From NCBI GenBank assembly GCA_043807225.1, contig JAZDGG010000090.1, forward strand, positions 1 to 45,423: 45,423 nucleotides of DNA. The letters run 5' to 3'. A program made the position numbers and the translations under genes. The notes beneath the pieces were generated by a model. The model made no database searches. It saw only the letters and a program-made list of their open reading frames with translations, and was not told the DNA's origin. Of the stretch, positions 25,946-33,965 are shown in pieces. Position 1 is the first letter of the stretch, and each line of letters begins with the position of its first letter. The DNA is from a bacterium. GTDB taxonomy: Bacteria > Patescibacteriota > Patescibacteriia > CAZCGY01.

Positions 25946-27179
25946 TTTCCCCATTCTCCGTCAGCGCGTCCACGGCAGACCGATCGCGTATCTGGATAAT
26001 GCCGCGACAACCCAGAAACCACAATCCGTCCTTGACCGGATGATGGAGTTTTCTTCAACGACAAACGCGAACGTCCATCGCGGCATGTACCAGTTTGGCG
26101 AACAGGCAACGGCGGCATACGAAGGCGTCCGCGAACAGGTACGGGGGTTTGTGCGCGCCCGCCGTGTGCAGGAGGTCATCTTCACGCGTGGCACGACCGA
26201 ATCCATCAACCTTGTGGCCGCGACCTGGGGACGGGCGAACGTCCACGCAGGGGACGCCATCCTCGTCACCGAAATGGAGCATCACTCCAATCTCGTCCCG
26301 TGGCAGCAGCTGGCAAAACAGGTTGGCGCCGAACTCCGATTCGTCCCCGTGACAGATGACGGCCGTCTTGATCTTTCCTTGCTGCCACAACTCTTGGATG
26401 GCAAAGTGAAACTCTTTGCATTCACCGCATTTTCCAACGTTCTCGGCACGATCAACCCCGTGAAAGAGCTGGTGAAAAAGGCGCACGCGGCGGGCGCGCT
26501 CGCGCTGGTTGATGCCGCACAGTACGCCACGCACCTTCCCATCGACGTTGAGAGCTGGAACTGCGATTTCTGCGCGCTCTCCGCCCACAAAATGTATGGC
26601 CCGACCGGCGTGGGGGTTCTCTACGGAAAGTCTGAGATTCTCGAAACGATGCCGCCGTTTCTGTTTGGTGGCGATATGATCCTCGACGTGAAGAAGGAGG
26701 ACTCGACCTGGAACGAACTTCCGTACAAGTTTGAAGCCGGTACGCCGAACATCATGGGCGTTATCGGTTTTGGTGCGGCACTTGTGTATCTCGCGCAGAT
26801 CGGATGGGAAGCCATCGAGGCGCATGAAAGCGATCTCACTGCGCACGCTCTCGCCGTTCTCTGTGGAATAAAGGATATGCATCTCTACGGTCCGCGAGAA
26901 CGTGAAAACCGCGGCGGCGTTTTTTCTTTCACCGTTGACAATATCCATCCGCACGACCTCGCGACGATCTTCGATGAGCAGGGGATTGCCATCCGCTCCG
27001 GCCACCATTGTGCGCAGCTGCTCATGGAGCGGTACAACGTTCCAGCGATGGCGCGGGCGAGCATTGGCCTCTACACGACGAAAGAGGATATCGACCGGAT
27101 TCCGAAGGCAATCGGGCGGGCGAGGGAGATATTGGGGAAGGTGAAAGATCAAGAGTTAAGGGTTAAAAGTGAAAGGTGA
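25917..27179 (+). CDS. sufS: Cysteine desulfurase SufS
   Basis: ADFPIL...YLDNAATTQKP, SAHKMYGPTG (PLP Lys) and RSGHHCAQ (catalytic Cys). ATG 25917 overlaps the Rieske gene by 29 nt. The last ~9 codons lie inside a palindromic repeat element. Confidence 0.9.
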   Translation: MKNIHNSRADFPILRQRVHGRPIAYLDNAATTQKPQSVLDRMMEFSSTTNANVHRGMYQFGEQATAAYEGVREQVRGFVRARRVQEVIFTRGTTESINLVAATWGRANVHAGDAILVTEMEHHSNLVPWQQLAKQVGAELRFVPVTDDGRLDLSLLPQLLDGKVKLFAFTAFSNVLGTINPVKELVKKAHAAGALALVDAAQYATHLPIDVESWNCDFCALSAHKMYGPTGVGVLYGKSEILETMPPFLFGGDMILDVKKEDSTWNELPYKFEAGTPNIMGVIGFGAALVYLAQIGWEAIEAHESDLTAHALAVLCGIKDMHLYGPRERENRGGVFSFTVDNIHPHDLATIFDEQGIAIRSGHHCAQLLMERYNVPAMARASIGLYTTKEDIDRIPKAIGRAREILGKVKDQELRVKSER

Positions 27180-27232
27180 AGAGTTAAGGGAAAAAAGCAT
27201 TCCTTCACTTTTCACCCTTAACCTTTAACTAT
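27152..27232. repeat. Palindromic intergenic element, copy A
   Basis: The left arm GTTAAGGGTTAAAAGTGAAAGG (27155-27176) pairs with the right arm CCTTCACTTTTCACCCTTAAC (27202-27222). It overlaps the sufS 3' end. Confidence 0.7.
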
Positions 27233-27247
27233 CAACCTTTCTCTCCC

Positions 27248-27622
27248 ATGGATCTCTACCGCGAAATCGTCCTTGACCACTTCCGCGATCCTCGCAATAA
27301 AGGGCATCTTGACCATGCCACCTGCGTCGGCGACGCGACGAACACGACGTGCGGCGACAAGCTCACGCTTGAGTTCCAGCTTGATGCTGACGGCAAGGTC
27401 TCCAGCATTGCGTTTGACGGGCAAGGGTGTGCAATCAGCCAAGCATCCGCATCCCTCCTGACTGAAGAAATGAAAGGGAAGACGCTCGAGGAAATCGCCG
27501 CAATCAGCAAAGAGGATGTCTTTCGGCTTCTTGGCGGGCCGGTCAGCGCGGGGAGAGAAAACTGCGCCCTGCTTATCCTCCGCGGGCGCGATGAAGCACT
27601 CAAACACGGTCATCATGGTTGA
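27248..27622 (+). CDS. sufU: SUF-type NifU-like scaffold SufU
   Basis: LYREIVLDHFRDPRNKG, NTTCGD, GQGCAIS and RENCALL. Confidence 0.9.
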   Translation: MDLYREIVLDHFRDPRNKGHLDHATCVGDATNTTCGDKLTLEFQLDADGKVSSIAFDGQGCAISQASASLLTEEMKGKTLEEIAAISKEDVFRLLGGPVSAGRENCALLILRGRDEALKHGHHG

Positions 27623-27917
27623 GCGAAGCGACGTCATTGAGAAGCTCTTCGAGGTGCTCGATCCCGAACTTGGAGTGAGCATCGTTGATTTGGGACTTCT
27701 CTATGGCGTGGCAATTGATGATCGCGGCGTCCATGTTGCCGTGACACTCACATTCCCCGGCTGCCCGTTCGGTTCGGTGATTGTCGCTGAAATAGAAAAG
27801 AAACTCTCTCAATTCAATCCGGTTGAAGTCACGATTGTCTGGGAACCGCCATGGAGCAGGGGGATGATCGCGGAAGAAACGCTCGAAGAGCTGAGATTTT
27901 TAGGAAGAATTCGATAG
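27615..27917 (+). CDS. sufT: DUF59/SufT-type Fe-S assembly factor
   Basis: VLDPELGVSIVDLGLLY...TLTFPGCP. ATG 27615 overlaps sufU by 8 nt. The track ORF starts earlier, at 27516. Confidence 0.8.
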   Translation: MVERSDVIEKLFEVLDPELGVSIVDLGLLYGVAIDDRGVHVAVTLTFPGCPFGSVIVAEIEKKLSQFNPVEVTIVWEPPWSRGMIAEETLEELRFLGRIR

Positions 27918-27954
27918 ACTTTTTCTTGCACACATCGTATTATTCCGACGAACA

Positions 27955-28905
27955 ATGAAGACCTCGTCTCAACAATCCCTCCTTGACCTCATCATCATCG
28001 GCGGATCGGCTGCCGGCGTGACTGCGGCGGTGTACGCGGCGCGGCGCACTCTGAACTTCCTCATGGTCACCGGCGATATCGGGGGCGAAGTCGCCACCTC
28101 CGGGGAGATTGATAATTTTCCCGGCATCCCGCATACCGATGGCATTGCGATGACCGAGAAATTTACCGAGCAGCTCACGCGGTACAACGTCCGCATTGAA
28201 CAGCCCGTGCATGTTGAGTCCGTCCAAAAGACCGAAAGTGGTTTTCGCGTTCTTGGGAAGCATGTGAGCGCTCCCATGTCGTGGGAGGCGAAAAGCGTTA
28301 TCGTCGCCACCGGCATCCATCCAAAACCGCTGCCGGTTCCGCACGAGCAACAATTCCGTGGGAATGGGCTCACGTACTGTACTACCTGCGACGGGCCGCT
28401 CTACAAGGGGAAGGTGGTTGTGACTATCGGCGGCGGCAACTCGGCGCTCGAATCCGCGCTCATGCTGTCAGAACTCTGCCCGAAGGTCTACCTCATCAAC
28501 AAGAATGAAACGTTCAAAGGGGACGACACGCTCATCCAAAAAGTGCACGAACATCCGAACATCGAAGTGATTCTTCAGGCAATGACCACCAATCTTCTCG
28601 GTGACGGACAGGTGTCAGGAATTGAATACACTACGGTCTCCGGCGGAACAAAGCAGATCGACGGTATCTCAGGTGTCTTCGTGCACATCGGCAACATCCC
28701 GAATTCCGCCATCGTTCCTCCTGAAGTGCGCAAGGATGCATACGGAAACATTATTGTCGACAAGGAGTGCAGAACGGACGTCCCAGGGCTTTTTGCGGCC
28801 GGCGACGTCACCGATGTTCCCTTCAAACAAATCGTCATCGCAGCCGGCCAGGGAGCAACCGCAGCGTTAAGTGTCGTCGCGTACCTCAACCGGCTGAAGA
28901 AGTGA
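27955..28905 (+). CDS. trxB: Thioredoxin-disulfide reductase-like flavoprotein
   Basis: IIIGGSAAGVTAA (FAD), YCTTCDG (CxxC redox centre), TIGGGNSALE (NADPH) and FAAGDV. Confidence 0.85.
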   Translation: MKTSSQQSLLDLIIIGGSAAGVTAAVYAARRTLNFLMVTGDIGGEVATSGEIDNFPGIPHTDGIAMTEKFTEQLTRYNVRIEQPVHVESVQKTESGFRVLGKHVSAPMSWEAKSVIVATGIHPKPLPVPHEQQFRGNGLTYCTTCDGPLYKGKVVVTIGGGNSALESALMLSELCPKVYLINKNETFKGDDTLIQKVHEHPNIEVILQAMTTNLLGDGQVSGIEYTTVSGGTKQIDGISGVFVHIGNIPNSAIVPPEVRKDAYGNIIVDKECRTDVPGLFAAGDVTDVPFKQIVIAAGQGATAALSVVAYLNRLKK

Positions 28906-28911
28906 GGAAGA

Positions 28912-28990
28912 GGTTAAGGGTGAAAAGTGAAAGGGTAAGAATGAAGGGAAAAGTGTATTCTCTCATTTTTCACCCTTAACCCTTAACCTT
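28912..28990. repeat. Palindromic intergenic element, copy B; likely also the trxB terminator
   Basis: GGTTAAGGGTGAAAAGTGAAAGGG pairs with TCATTTTTCACCCTTAAC and is followed by a T-rich run. The 22-nt core differs from copy A at one position. Confidence 0.7.
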
Positions 28991-29022
28991 TTATTTTATC
29001 GTTGTATTCGCTCGCAACGTGG

Positions 29023-29051
29023 TTGACAGGAAAAATCGGATGGTCTACAGT
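29023..29051 (+). promoter_or_regulatory. Sigma70-like promoter
   Basis: TTGACA (29023-29028), a 17-nt spacer, then TACAGT (29046-29051). Confidence 0.5.
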
Positions 29052-29115
29052 TTGCCTCGCACTGCTTCTTTGTCTTCAACAGAAGGATGGAGGAAGCATC
29101 CAGGAGGGAGGAAAG

Positions 29116-29331
29116 ATGATCGGCACGTTCTTTGGCTTTACAGAAAGCGTTGCTCCGACTGATGAGCGGGTTCTCCGTTGTACGTCATGCGGGCGGGTTC
29201 TCGGTGATCCCTCCAGCGGGGTGAAACCCAAGGAGCCCTGTCCATTCTGTGTCCAGGGGCGGGTAACCATCGACCATGATCATTCTGTTGCCGAGCTCTT
29301 CGGAGCGACGGCACCATCGGTTGCCGCCTGA
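29116..29331 (+). CDS. Small zinc-ribbon protein (71 aa)
   Basis: GGAGGGAGGAAAG RBS precedes ATG 29116. CTSCGR...CPFC gives two CxxC pairs. Confidence 0.55.
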   Translation: MIGTFFGFTESVAPTDERVLRCTSCGRVLGDPSSGVKPKEPCPFCVQGRVTIDHDHSVAELFGATAPSVAA

Positions 29332-29358
29332 GCGGCAGCCTTTTCTTTTTGACACGAT

Positions 29359-30186
29359 ATGAAACGCACCCTTTTTGGTATTTTCCTTCTCTTCCTCCTC
29401 GCGGCGGGATGGCTCTCTCGCAGCGCTCTTCGCGACGCGTATGACGGATTGACCAGGCCACAGGTACCGACGGCACAACCCGCGTCATTAGAGCATGCCG
29501 AGAGGGCGGATATCGGATCAAGTGCCAACAACGTTTCTGCAGAGACCGCGAGCGCCGGAGCGGTCAACACTCCGGCAAACACCAACGCAGACGACGCACC
29601 GTTACTCCCCGCGGAGGTTAACCTTGACGTTCCGTTCACATCGCAAGCGCCTGATGCGAATTGGAACTTGCCGTATCAAGAGGCATGCGAAGAAACGGCG
29701 GCGCTCATGGTCCATCGTTTTTGGCACAATCAAGCATTCGCATCGAAGGAGGATGCTGACACGGCGATCCGGGAAGTCGTCGACTTTGAAGAAAAACAGT
29801 ACGGTTCGTACAAAGATACGACCGCAGACGAAACGGCGCGGTTCATCCGCGATCTGTGGGGGTATACTCGCGTTGATGTCTTCAAGGGATCCGAAGTGAC
29901 GATCGACCGTATCAAGCGCGAAGTCGCCGACAGCAACCCGGTCATCGTTCTCGCGAACGGTCGTGAGCTCTACAATCCGAATTACCGACAGCCAGGGCCG
30001 ATCTATCACGCACTGGTCATCAAGGGGTATACCAAGAGGGGAATGATCATCACGAACGATCCGGGAACACGAAAGGGTGCCGATTACCTTTATGATCCGA
30101 ACGTACTCCTGAACGCCGTCCACGATTGGAATGACGGTGATGTGGCGAGCGGGCAGCGAGTGATGTTGATAATCCGCGGACGGTAG
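29359..30186 (+). CDS. C39-like (Peptidase_C39_2 type) cysteine peptidase, membrane-anchored or secreted
   Basis: N-terminal hydrophobic helix. NLDVPFTSQAPDANWNLPYQEACEETAALMV supplies a candidate catalytic Cys. YHALVIKGY...ITNDPG supplies a candidate His and Asp. Confidence 0.65.
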   Translation: MKRTLFGIFLLFLLAAGWLSRSALRDAYDGLTRPQVPTAQPASLEHAERADIGSSANNVSAETASAGAVNTPANTNADDAPLLPAEVNLDVPFTSQAPDANWNLPYQEACEETAALMVHRFWHNQAFASKEDADTAIREVVDFEEKQYGSYKDTTADETARFIRDLWGYTRVDVFKGSEVTIDRIKREVADSNPVIVLANGRELYNPNYRQPGPIYHALVIKGYTKRGMIITNDPGTRKGADYLYDPNVLLNAVHDWNDGDVASGQRVMLIIRGR

Positions 30187-30256
30187 TATTGCGCAAATGT
30201 GTGGAATCATCTACAGTAAGAGGGCAAAGAACAATCAACGAAGGGGGGTGAGATGA

Positions 30257-31210
30257 ATGAATAAAACTCTTGGACGCAGCATTGTCGTCTCGATTGTCGC
30301 GCTCGTCGTGACCAGCGGTGTCGTCTGGGCTGCATCGGTCCGTGATATCACGGGCAAGCTCGGCGGGAACACCGGTGACTTTTTCGACCTCAACGGTACG
30401 ATCCTTGTTGATTCCATCAAGGTTGGTGCTCAAGGCGTTGGCGGAGTGACGTTCTTCAACGGGACAATCCTCAACAACACGACGGATGCGAACAACAACG
30501 GCATCCCGGTCACGTTCGGCGATGATGTTCGTATCGACGGAGCCCTCTGGCGCGGAGCGACACAAGGCCCGGGCGACACGAACTACCTCAAGTTGAATGA
30601 TGACGTCCGTGTGTACGGAAACTTGACGATCGATTCCGGCAAGACCGTTACGGCGACGGGCGTGAATTGGACGGGCGTCTCATGGTCGTCGGATCAAATC
30701 GCCGACGTGACCCAAAAGATCACTCTTCCGCTCACGTCGTTCCTCACGGATGCCGACGGCACACCGGCGCAACTGACCGCGCTCACCACGCCAAAACTGC
30801 AGTACACGGCAACGCAAGGACTCTTCCTCCAGTATGCGGAGGACGATACGGCGGATATCGGCACGCAGTTCGTCGTACCCGACGACTACGCGTCGGGTGG
30901 CACCATCAAGGCGGTCGTCGACACCTCGGCTGCCATTGTGACGAACTGGGATCTCGACTTCAAGGTCGCCATCAGCCAGGCGACTGGCTCTTCCAACGCC
31001 TGGGATACCGATACGGATGATGAAACTGCCGTCGACCTTCCTGACACGCCAGGGAAACCAAAGGTTATCACCTTCACGCCGACGGATCAGGCCGATCTCT
31101 CTGCGGGAGACACTGTCTTCTTCGACCTCTTCCCGGCGAGCAACACAGGGGCGGGCGAACCGAACGTCGAAATCTACAGCGTGTGGTTCGAGTACACGGC
31201 AAAGCAATAA
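30257..31210 (+). CDS. Membrane-anchored surface protein, hypothetical
   Basis: N-terminal anchor IVVSIVALVVTSGVVWAAS. The rest is T/D/G-rich and predicted beta-rich. Confidence 0.55.
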   Translation: MNKTLGRSIVVSIVALVVTSGVVWAASVRDITGKLGGNTGDFFDLNGTILVDSIKVGAQGVGGVTFFNGTILNNTTDANNNGIPVTFGDDVRIDGALWRGATQGPGDTNYLKLNDDVRVYGNLTIDSGKTVTATGVNWTGVSWSSDQIADVTQKITLPLTSFLTDADGTPAQLTALTTPKLQYTATQGLFLQYAEDDTADIGTQFVVPDDYASGGTIKAVVDTSAAIVTNWDLDFKVAISQATGSSNAWDTDTDDETAVDLPDTPGKPKVITFTPTDQADLSAGDTVFFDLFPASNTGAGEPNVEIYSVWFEYTAKQ

Positions 31211-31225
31211 CATCAACACGCAGCA

Positions 31226-31257
31226 AACGAGATCCGAAGGTGTTGGATCTCGTTTTG
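31226..31257 (+). terminator. Rho-independent terminator
   Basis: ACGAGATCC-(9 nt)-GGATCTCGT followed by TTTG. Confidence 0.7.
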
Positions 31258-31320
31258 CGATCTTGCGTTGAAGAAAAAAAGTCCGTATACTTTTCTCACC
31301 AGATCCGTAACATCTACGTT

Positions 31321-31560
31321 ATGAAAGTAGTCGTTGACCGAAACGTTTGTATCAGTGCTGCCGACTGCGTCGCGTTAGCGCCAGAGACGTTTGAACTCGA
31401 TGCAGAAGGAAAAGCGATCGTCAAAAACCCGATCGGGAACGATCTCCCGACCATCCTTGAAGCGGCAAAGGCCTGCCCCGTCGCGTGCATCTATGTGTAC
31501 GACGATGCAGGAAAGCAGCTGTGGCCGGAACAGGGGAATCCTCCTTCGGAAGCGAAATAA
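31321..31560 (+). CDS. Small ferredoxin
   Basis: MKVVVDRNVCISAADCVALAPETF...AAKACPVACI. ATG 31321 is internal to track ORF 31183... Confidence 0.7.
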   Translation: MKVVVDRNVCISAADCVALAPETFELDAEGKAIVKNPIGNDLPTILEAAKACPVACIYVYDDAGKQLWPEQGNPPSEAK

Positions 31561-31615
31561 CAACACAACACCGCACCACCGGAAAAAGTGTGCTTTTTCG
31601 TCCGCGCAGCACGGC

Positions 31616-32197
31616 TCAGAGCACCTTCAGCACGTTCCACCAGTTCAAGACGTATTCTGCGCGCCGGTTCTGGTATTTCAGGTAGTATGCATGCTCCCAG
31701 ACGTCGATGCAAACGATCGGTGTATGGCCGATCGACAGCGGCGAATCCTGATTTGGCAGTGAATAGATTTTCAGCTTTTCCGCTTCGTCGCGAACCAGCC
31801 ATGCCCATCCGCTGCCGAAATGGTTTAATGCCGCCTCCCCAAGGAGACGCTTGCACTCCTCGACGGAACCGAAAGCTTCTTTTACCTCTTTTTCGAGTGT
31901 GCGATCGATGTGTTTCTCCTGAGCCATCACGTTCCAAAAGAACGCATGGTTGGCATACCCTCCGCCATGGTTGCGGAGCGCAACCCGGTCTTTCTCGTCT
32001 ACACGGATCGTGGAGAGGTTCTTGAGCACGTCTTCAATGGGCATTCCGGAGAGCTCCGGATATTTCTCTGCGACGGCATTGAGTTTCTCCGTGTATGTCT
32101 GATGGTGCATATCGTGGTGGAGGTGCATCGTTTCTGCGTCGATGTACGGCTCAAGCGCGTCGTAAGGATATGGGAGCGGGGGAAGTTCGTATTTCAT
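31616..32197 (-). CDS. Fe/Mn superoxide dismutase
   Basis: LPPLPYPYDALEPYIDAETMHLHHDMHHQTY and DVWEHAYYL. Confidence 0.95.
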   Translation of the reverse strand: MKYELPPLPYPYDALEPYIDAETMHLHHDMHHQTYTEKLNAVAEKYPELSGMPIEDVLKNLSTIRVDEKDRVALRNHGGGYANHAFFWNVMAQEKHIDRTLEKEVKEAFGSVEECKRLLGEAALNHFGSGWAWLVRDEAEKLKIYSLPNQDSPLSIGHTPIVCIDVWEHAYYLKYQNRRAEYVLNWWNVLKVL

Positions 32198-32287
32198 AGG
32201 TTTGTACGTAAGGAATCAAGACGGTGTAGCATACAGAGTATTCCCACTTCCGTCCAGTCACCCCCGTGGCGTGGGCGTCTGCGTCTC

Positions 32288-32818
32288 TCACTGGTTGTTC
32301 GAAAGTGCAACCCGCCCGATGAGCGAAATCACGATAATCAATCCCTGGAGAACGAATCCCTGAACGAGCGAGAATTCCCAGGCAAGAGGATTGTGGATGT
32401 GCTCATGCAGCAGGTCGTGTTTTCTCAACATTCGGCCGATACTTCCGCGACGGAATAACCCTCCTGATGGAAAGAGAGAACGAAACCACCGTGTTTCCCG
32501 ATGAAGAAACGGGAAGATGTTTGTGATGAAATCTGGGAGCAGCGCTCCAAAAATACCAGCAAGGAGGAGGCCGATGGTTTCGTTGCGCTGCGTGCCAACG
32601 ATAAACGCGATCAACAGCATCAGCATCGTCGCATCAAGAATGCCAACGACAAATCCTTTTTTGGGTTGGCGTGTTACCCATCGCGCAACACGCTCATCCC
32701 CATGCGGGATGGCGTCGAGAACGAAGTGAGAGAGAAAAGCAACCGGCAATGCGAGTGCTGGGGTTCCCATCGCTTTGCTGATCACCACGCCGACTGCCGC
32801 GTGCGTCGTGAGGTACAT
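32288..32818 (-). CDS. Membrane-bound metal-dependent hydrolase-like protein (DUF457/YdjM-like), paralog 2
   Basis: MYLTTHAAVG...LSHFVLDAIPHGDE with 4-5 TM segments. It is a paralog of the adjacent gene. Confidence 0.5.
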   Translation of the reverse strand: MYLTTHAAVGVVISKAMGTPALALPVAFLSHFVLDAIPHGDERVARWVTRQPKKGFVVGILDATMLMLLIAFIVGTQRNETIGLLLAGIFGALLPDFITNIFPFLHRETRWFRSLFPSGGLFRRGSIGRMLRKHDLLHEHIHNPLAWEFSLVQGFVLQGLIIVISLIGRVALSNNQ

Positions 32819-32820
32819 CG

Positions 32821-33342
32821 TCAGTGAATTTGGATCGCGACGGTGACGGCCACAATCACGATGATGGACTGGAGAATAATTCCTTGCTTGATGGAAAGAT
32901 GTGCCTTCGTCATATTATGTGTCACACGGTGGAACCAATCGTGAATCCGGACGAGCTGTTTAAATTGCAACTTGTCGAATCCGGTGTGGATGAGTCGGAC
33001 GAGAAAGAACCAGTTTGTGTATTGATGAAGAACGGGAAAAACGTTTGAAAGAAGATCCGGCAGGACGGCGCCGAGCACGCCGGCGGAAATCAATGCCATC
33101 TGCGGCAAGCTCTGGGTGGAATACAGAATGACCAGCATAATCACGAGCAGGCCAGTATCAATACCGCTCATCACGAACGCGTTTCTTGGGCGTTTGCGTA
33201 CCCAATCACCGACCGCTTCGTCTCCGTGGGGAGTAAAATCAAGAACGAAATGCGAAAGAACCGCCAGTAGAAGCACGGGGAGCGGCTTGTCGATGGTTTG
33301 GCTGATAAGGACCCCGACCGATGCGTGGGTAGTGAGGTACAT
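32821..33342 (-). CDS. Membrane-bound metal-dependent hydrolase-like protein (DUF457/YdjM-like), paralog 1
   Basis: MYLTTHASVG...LSHFVLDFTPHGDE. It is separated from its paralog by 2 nt. Confidence 0.5.
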   Translation of the reverse strand: MYLTTHASVGVLISQTIDKPLPVLLLAVLSHFVLDFTPHGDEAVGDWVRKRPRNAFVMSGIDTGLLVIMLVILYSTQSLPQMALISAGVLGAVLPDLLSNVFPVLHQYTNWFFLVRLIHTGFDKLQFKQLVRIHDWFHRVTHNMTKAHLSIKQGIILQSIIVIVAVTVAIQIH

Positions 33343-33422
33343 AGTGTGTTCTGATTGTATCCACTCCCCATAGATTTTTCAATATGAGAAGTCAAGAGGG
33401 ATGAGATTTTTCGCATACATAC

Positions 33423-33451
33423 TTGACGCAGGCCCTTTTTTCACGTATTGT
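33423..33451 (+). promoter_or_regulatory. Sigma70-like promoter of the tRNA pair
   Basis: TTGACG (33423-33428), a 17-nt spacer, then TATTGT (33446-33451). The tRNA begins 6 nt downstream. Confidence 0.55.
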
Positions 33452-33456
33452 CCTGA

Positions 33457-33531
33457 CGCGGGGTGGAGCAATGGCAGCTCGCAAGGCTCATAACCTTGAG
33501 GTTGGCGGTTCAAGTCCGCCCCCCGCAACCA
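33457..33531 (+). tRNA. tRNA-Met (CAT), initiator-like
   Basis: Hand-folded 75-nt cloverleaf. The acceptor CGCGGGG/CCCCGCA has a C1:A72 mismatch, the bacterial initiator hallmark. The anticodon loop is CTCATAA, the T-arm is GGCGG-TTCAAGT-CCGCC, and CCA is encoded. Confidence 0.85.
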
Positions 33532-33547
33532 GACGTCGCTCTCGCGT

Positions 33548-33622
33548 GGCAGGGTAGCTCAGTGGTAGAGCAAAGGACTCATAAGCCTTAGGTCGTGGGT
33601 TCGACTCCCACCCCTGCTACCA
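33548..33622 (+). tRNA. tRNA with CAT anticodon (elongator Met or lysidine-modified Ile2)
   Basis: 75 nt. The acceptor is GGCAGGG/CCCTGCT with G1:U72, the D-arm is GCTC-AGTGGTA-GAGC, the anticodon loop is CTCATAA, the T-arm is GTGGG-TTCGACT-CCCAC, and CCA is encoded. Confidence 0.8.
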
Positions 33623-33965
33623 GTGGCTTATGGTGGTGAGGAAAATCCGAGAACCTGTCCCGAAATTGATTCAGGATCGATGGTTCTCCGCTACAATGCA
33701 CATCCGAAGGATTCAATGAAAGGCGGACCCGCCGTAGGCGGAGAATCCCTCCCCTGGTACCAGTTTGAAAATGAGAGAAGACCCGTTGTTCGCGGCAACG
33801 TTGGTTTTGTGTACGTACGTCAGGAGAAATTCTTTAGAATCATAGTTTTTGAACATGCTCTTGCCTCTTTCTTGGTACTAGTGCTAATGTATGCCGAAGA
33901 AAACCGGGTCAGTGCTTGGTTGAGTTTGTTCACTGAAAATCCAGTAAATGGAAGGGGGTACGGGC

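Noticed and set aside
26055-27152. A 365-aa ORF antisense to sufS. Similar long antisense or out-of-frame ORFs occur at 23722..24534, 13365..14111, 17754..18449, 43607..44485 and 44544..45191
   Set aside because: Each lies opposite to, or out of frame with, a gene that has clear family motifs. Their sequences are Arg/Pro/Gly-rich low-complexity, as expected for shadow ORFs in GC-rich coding DNA.
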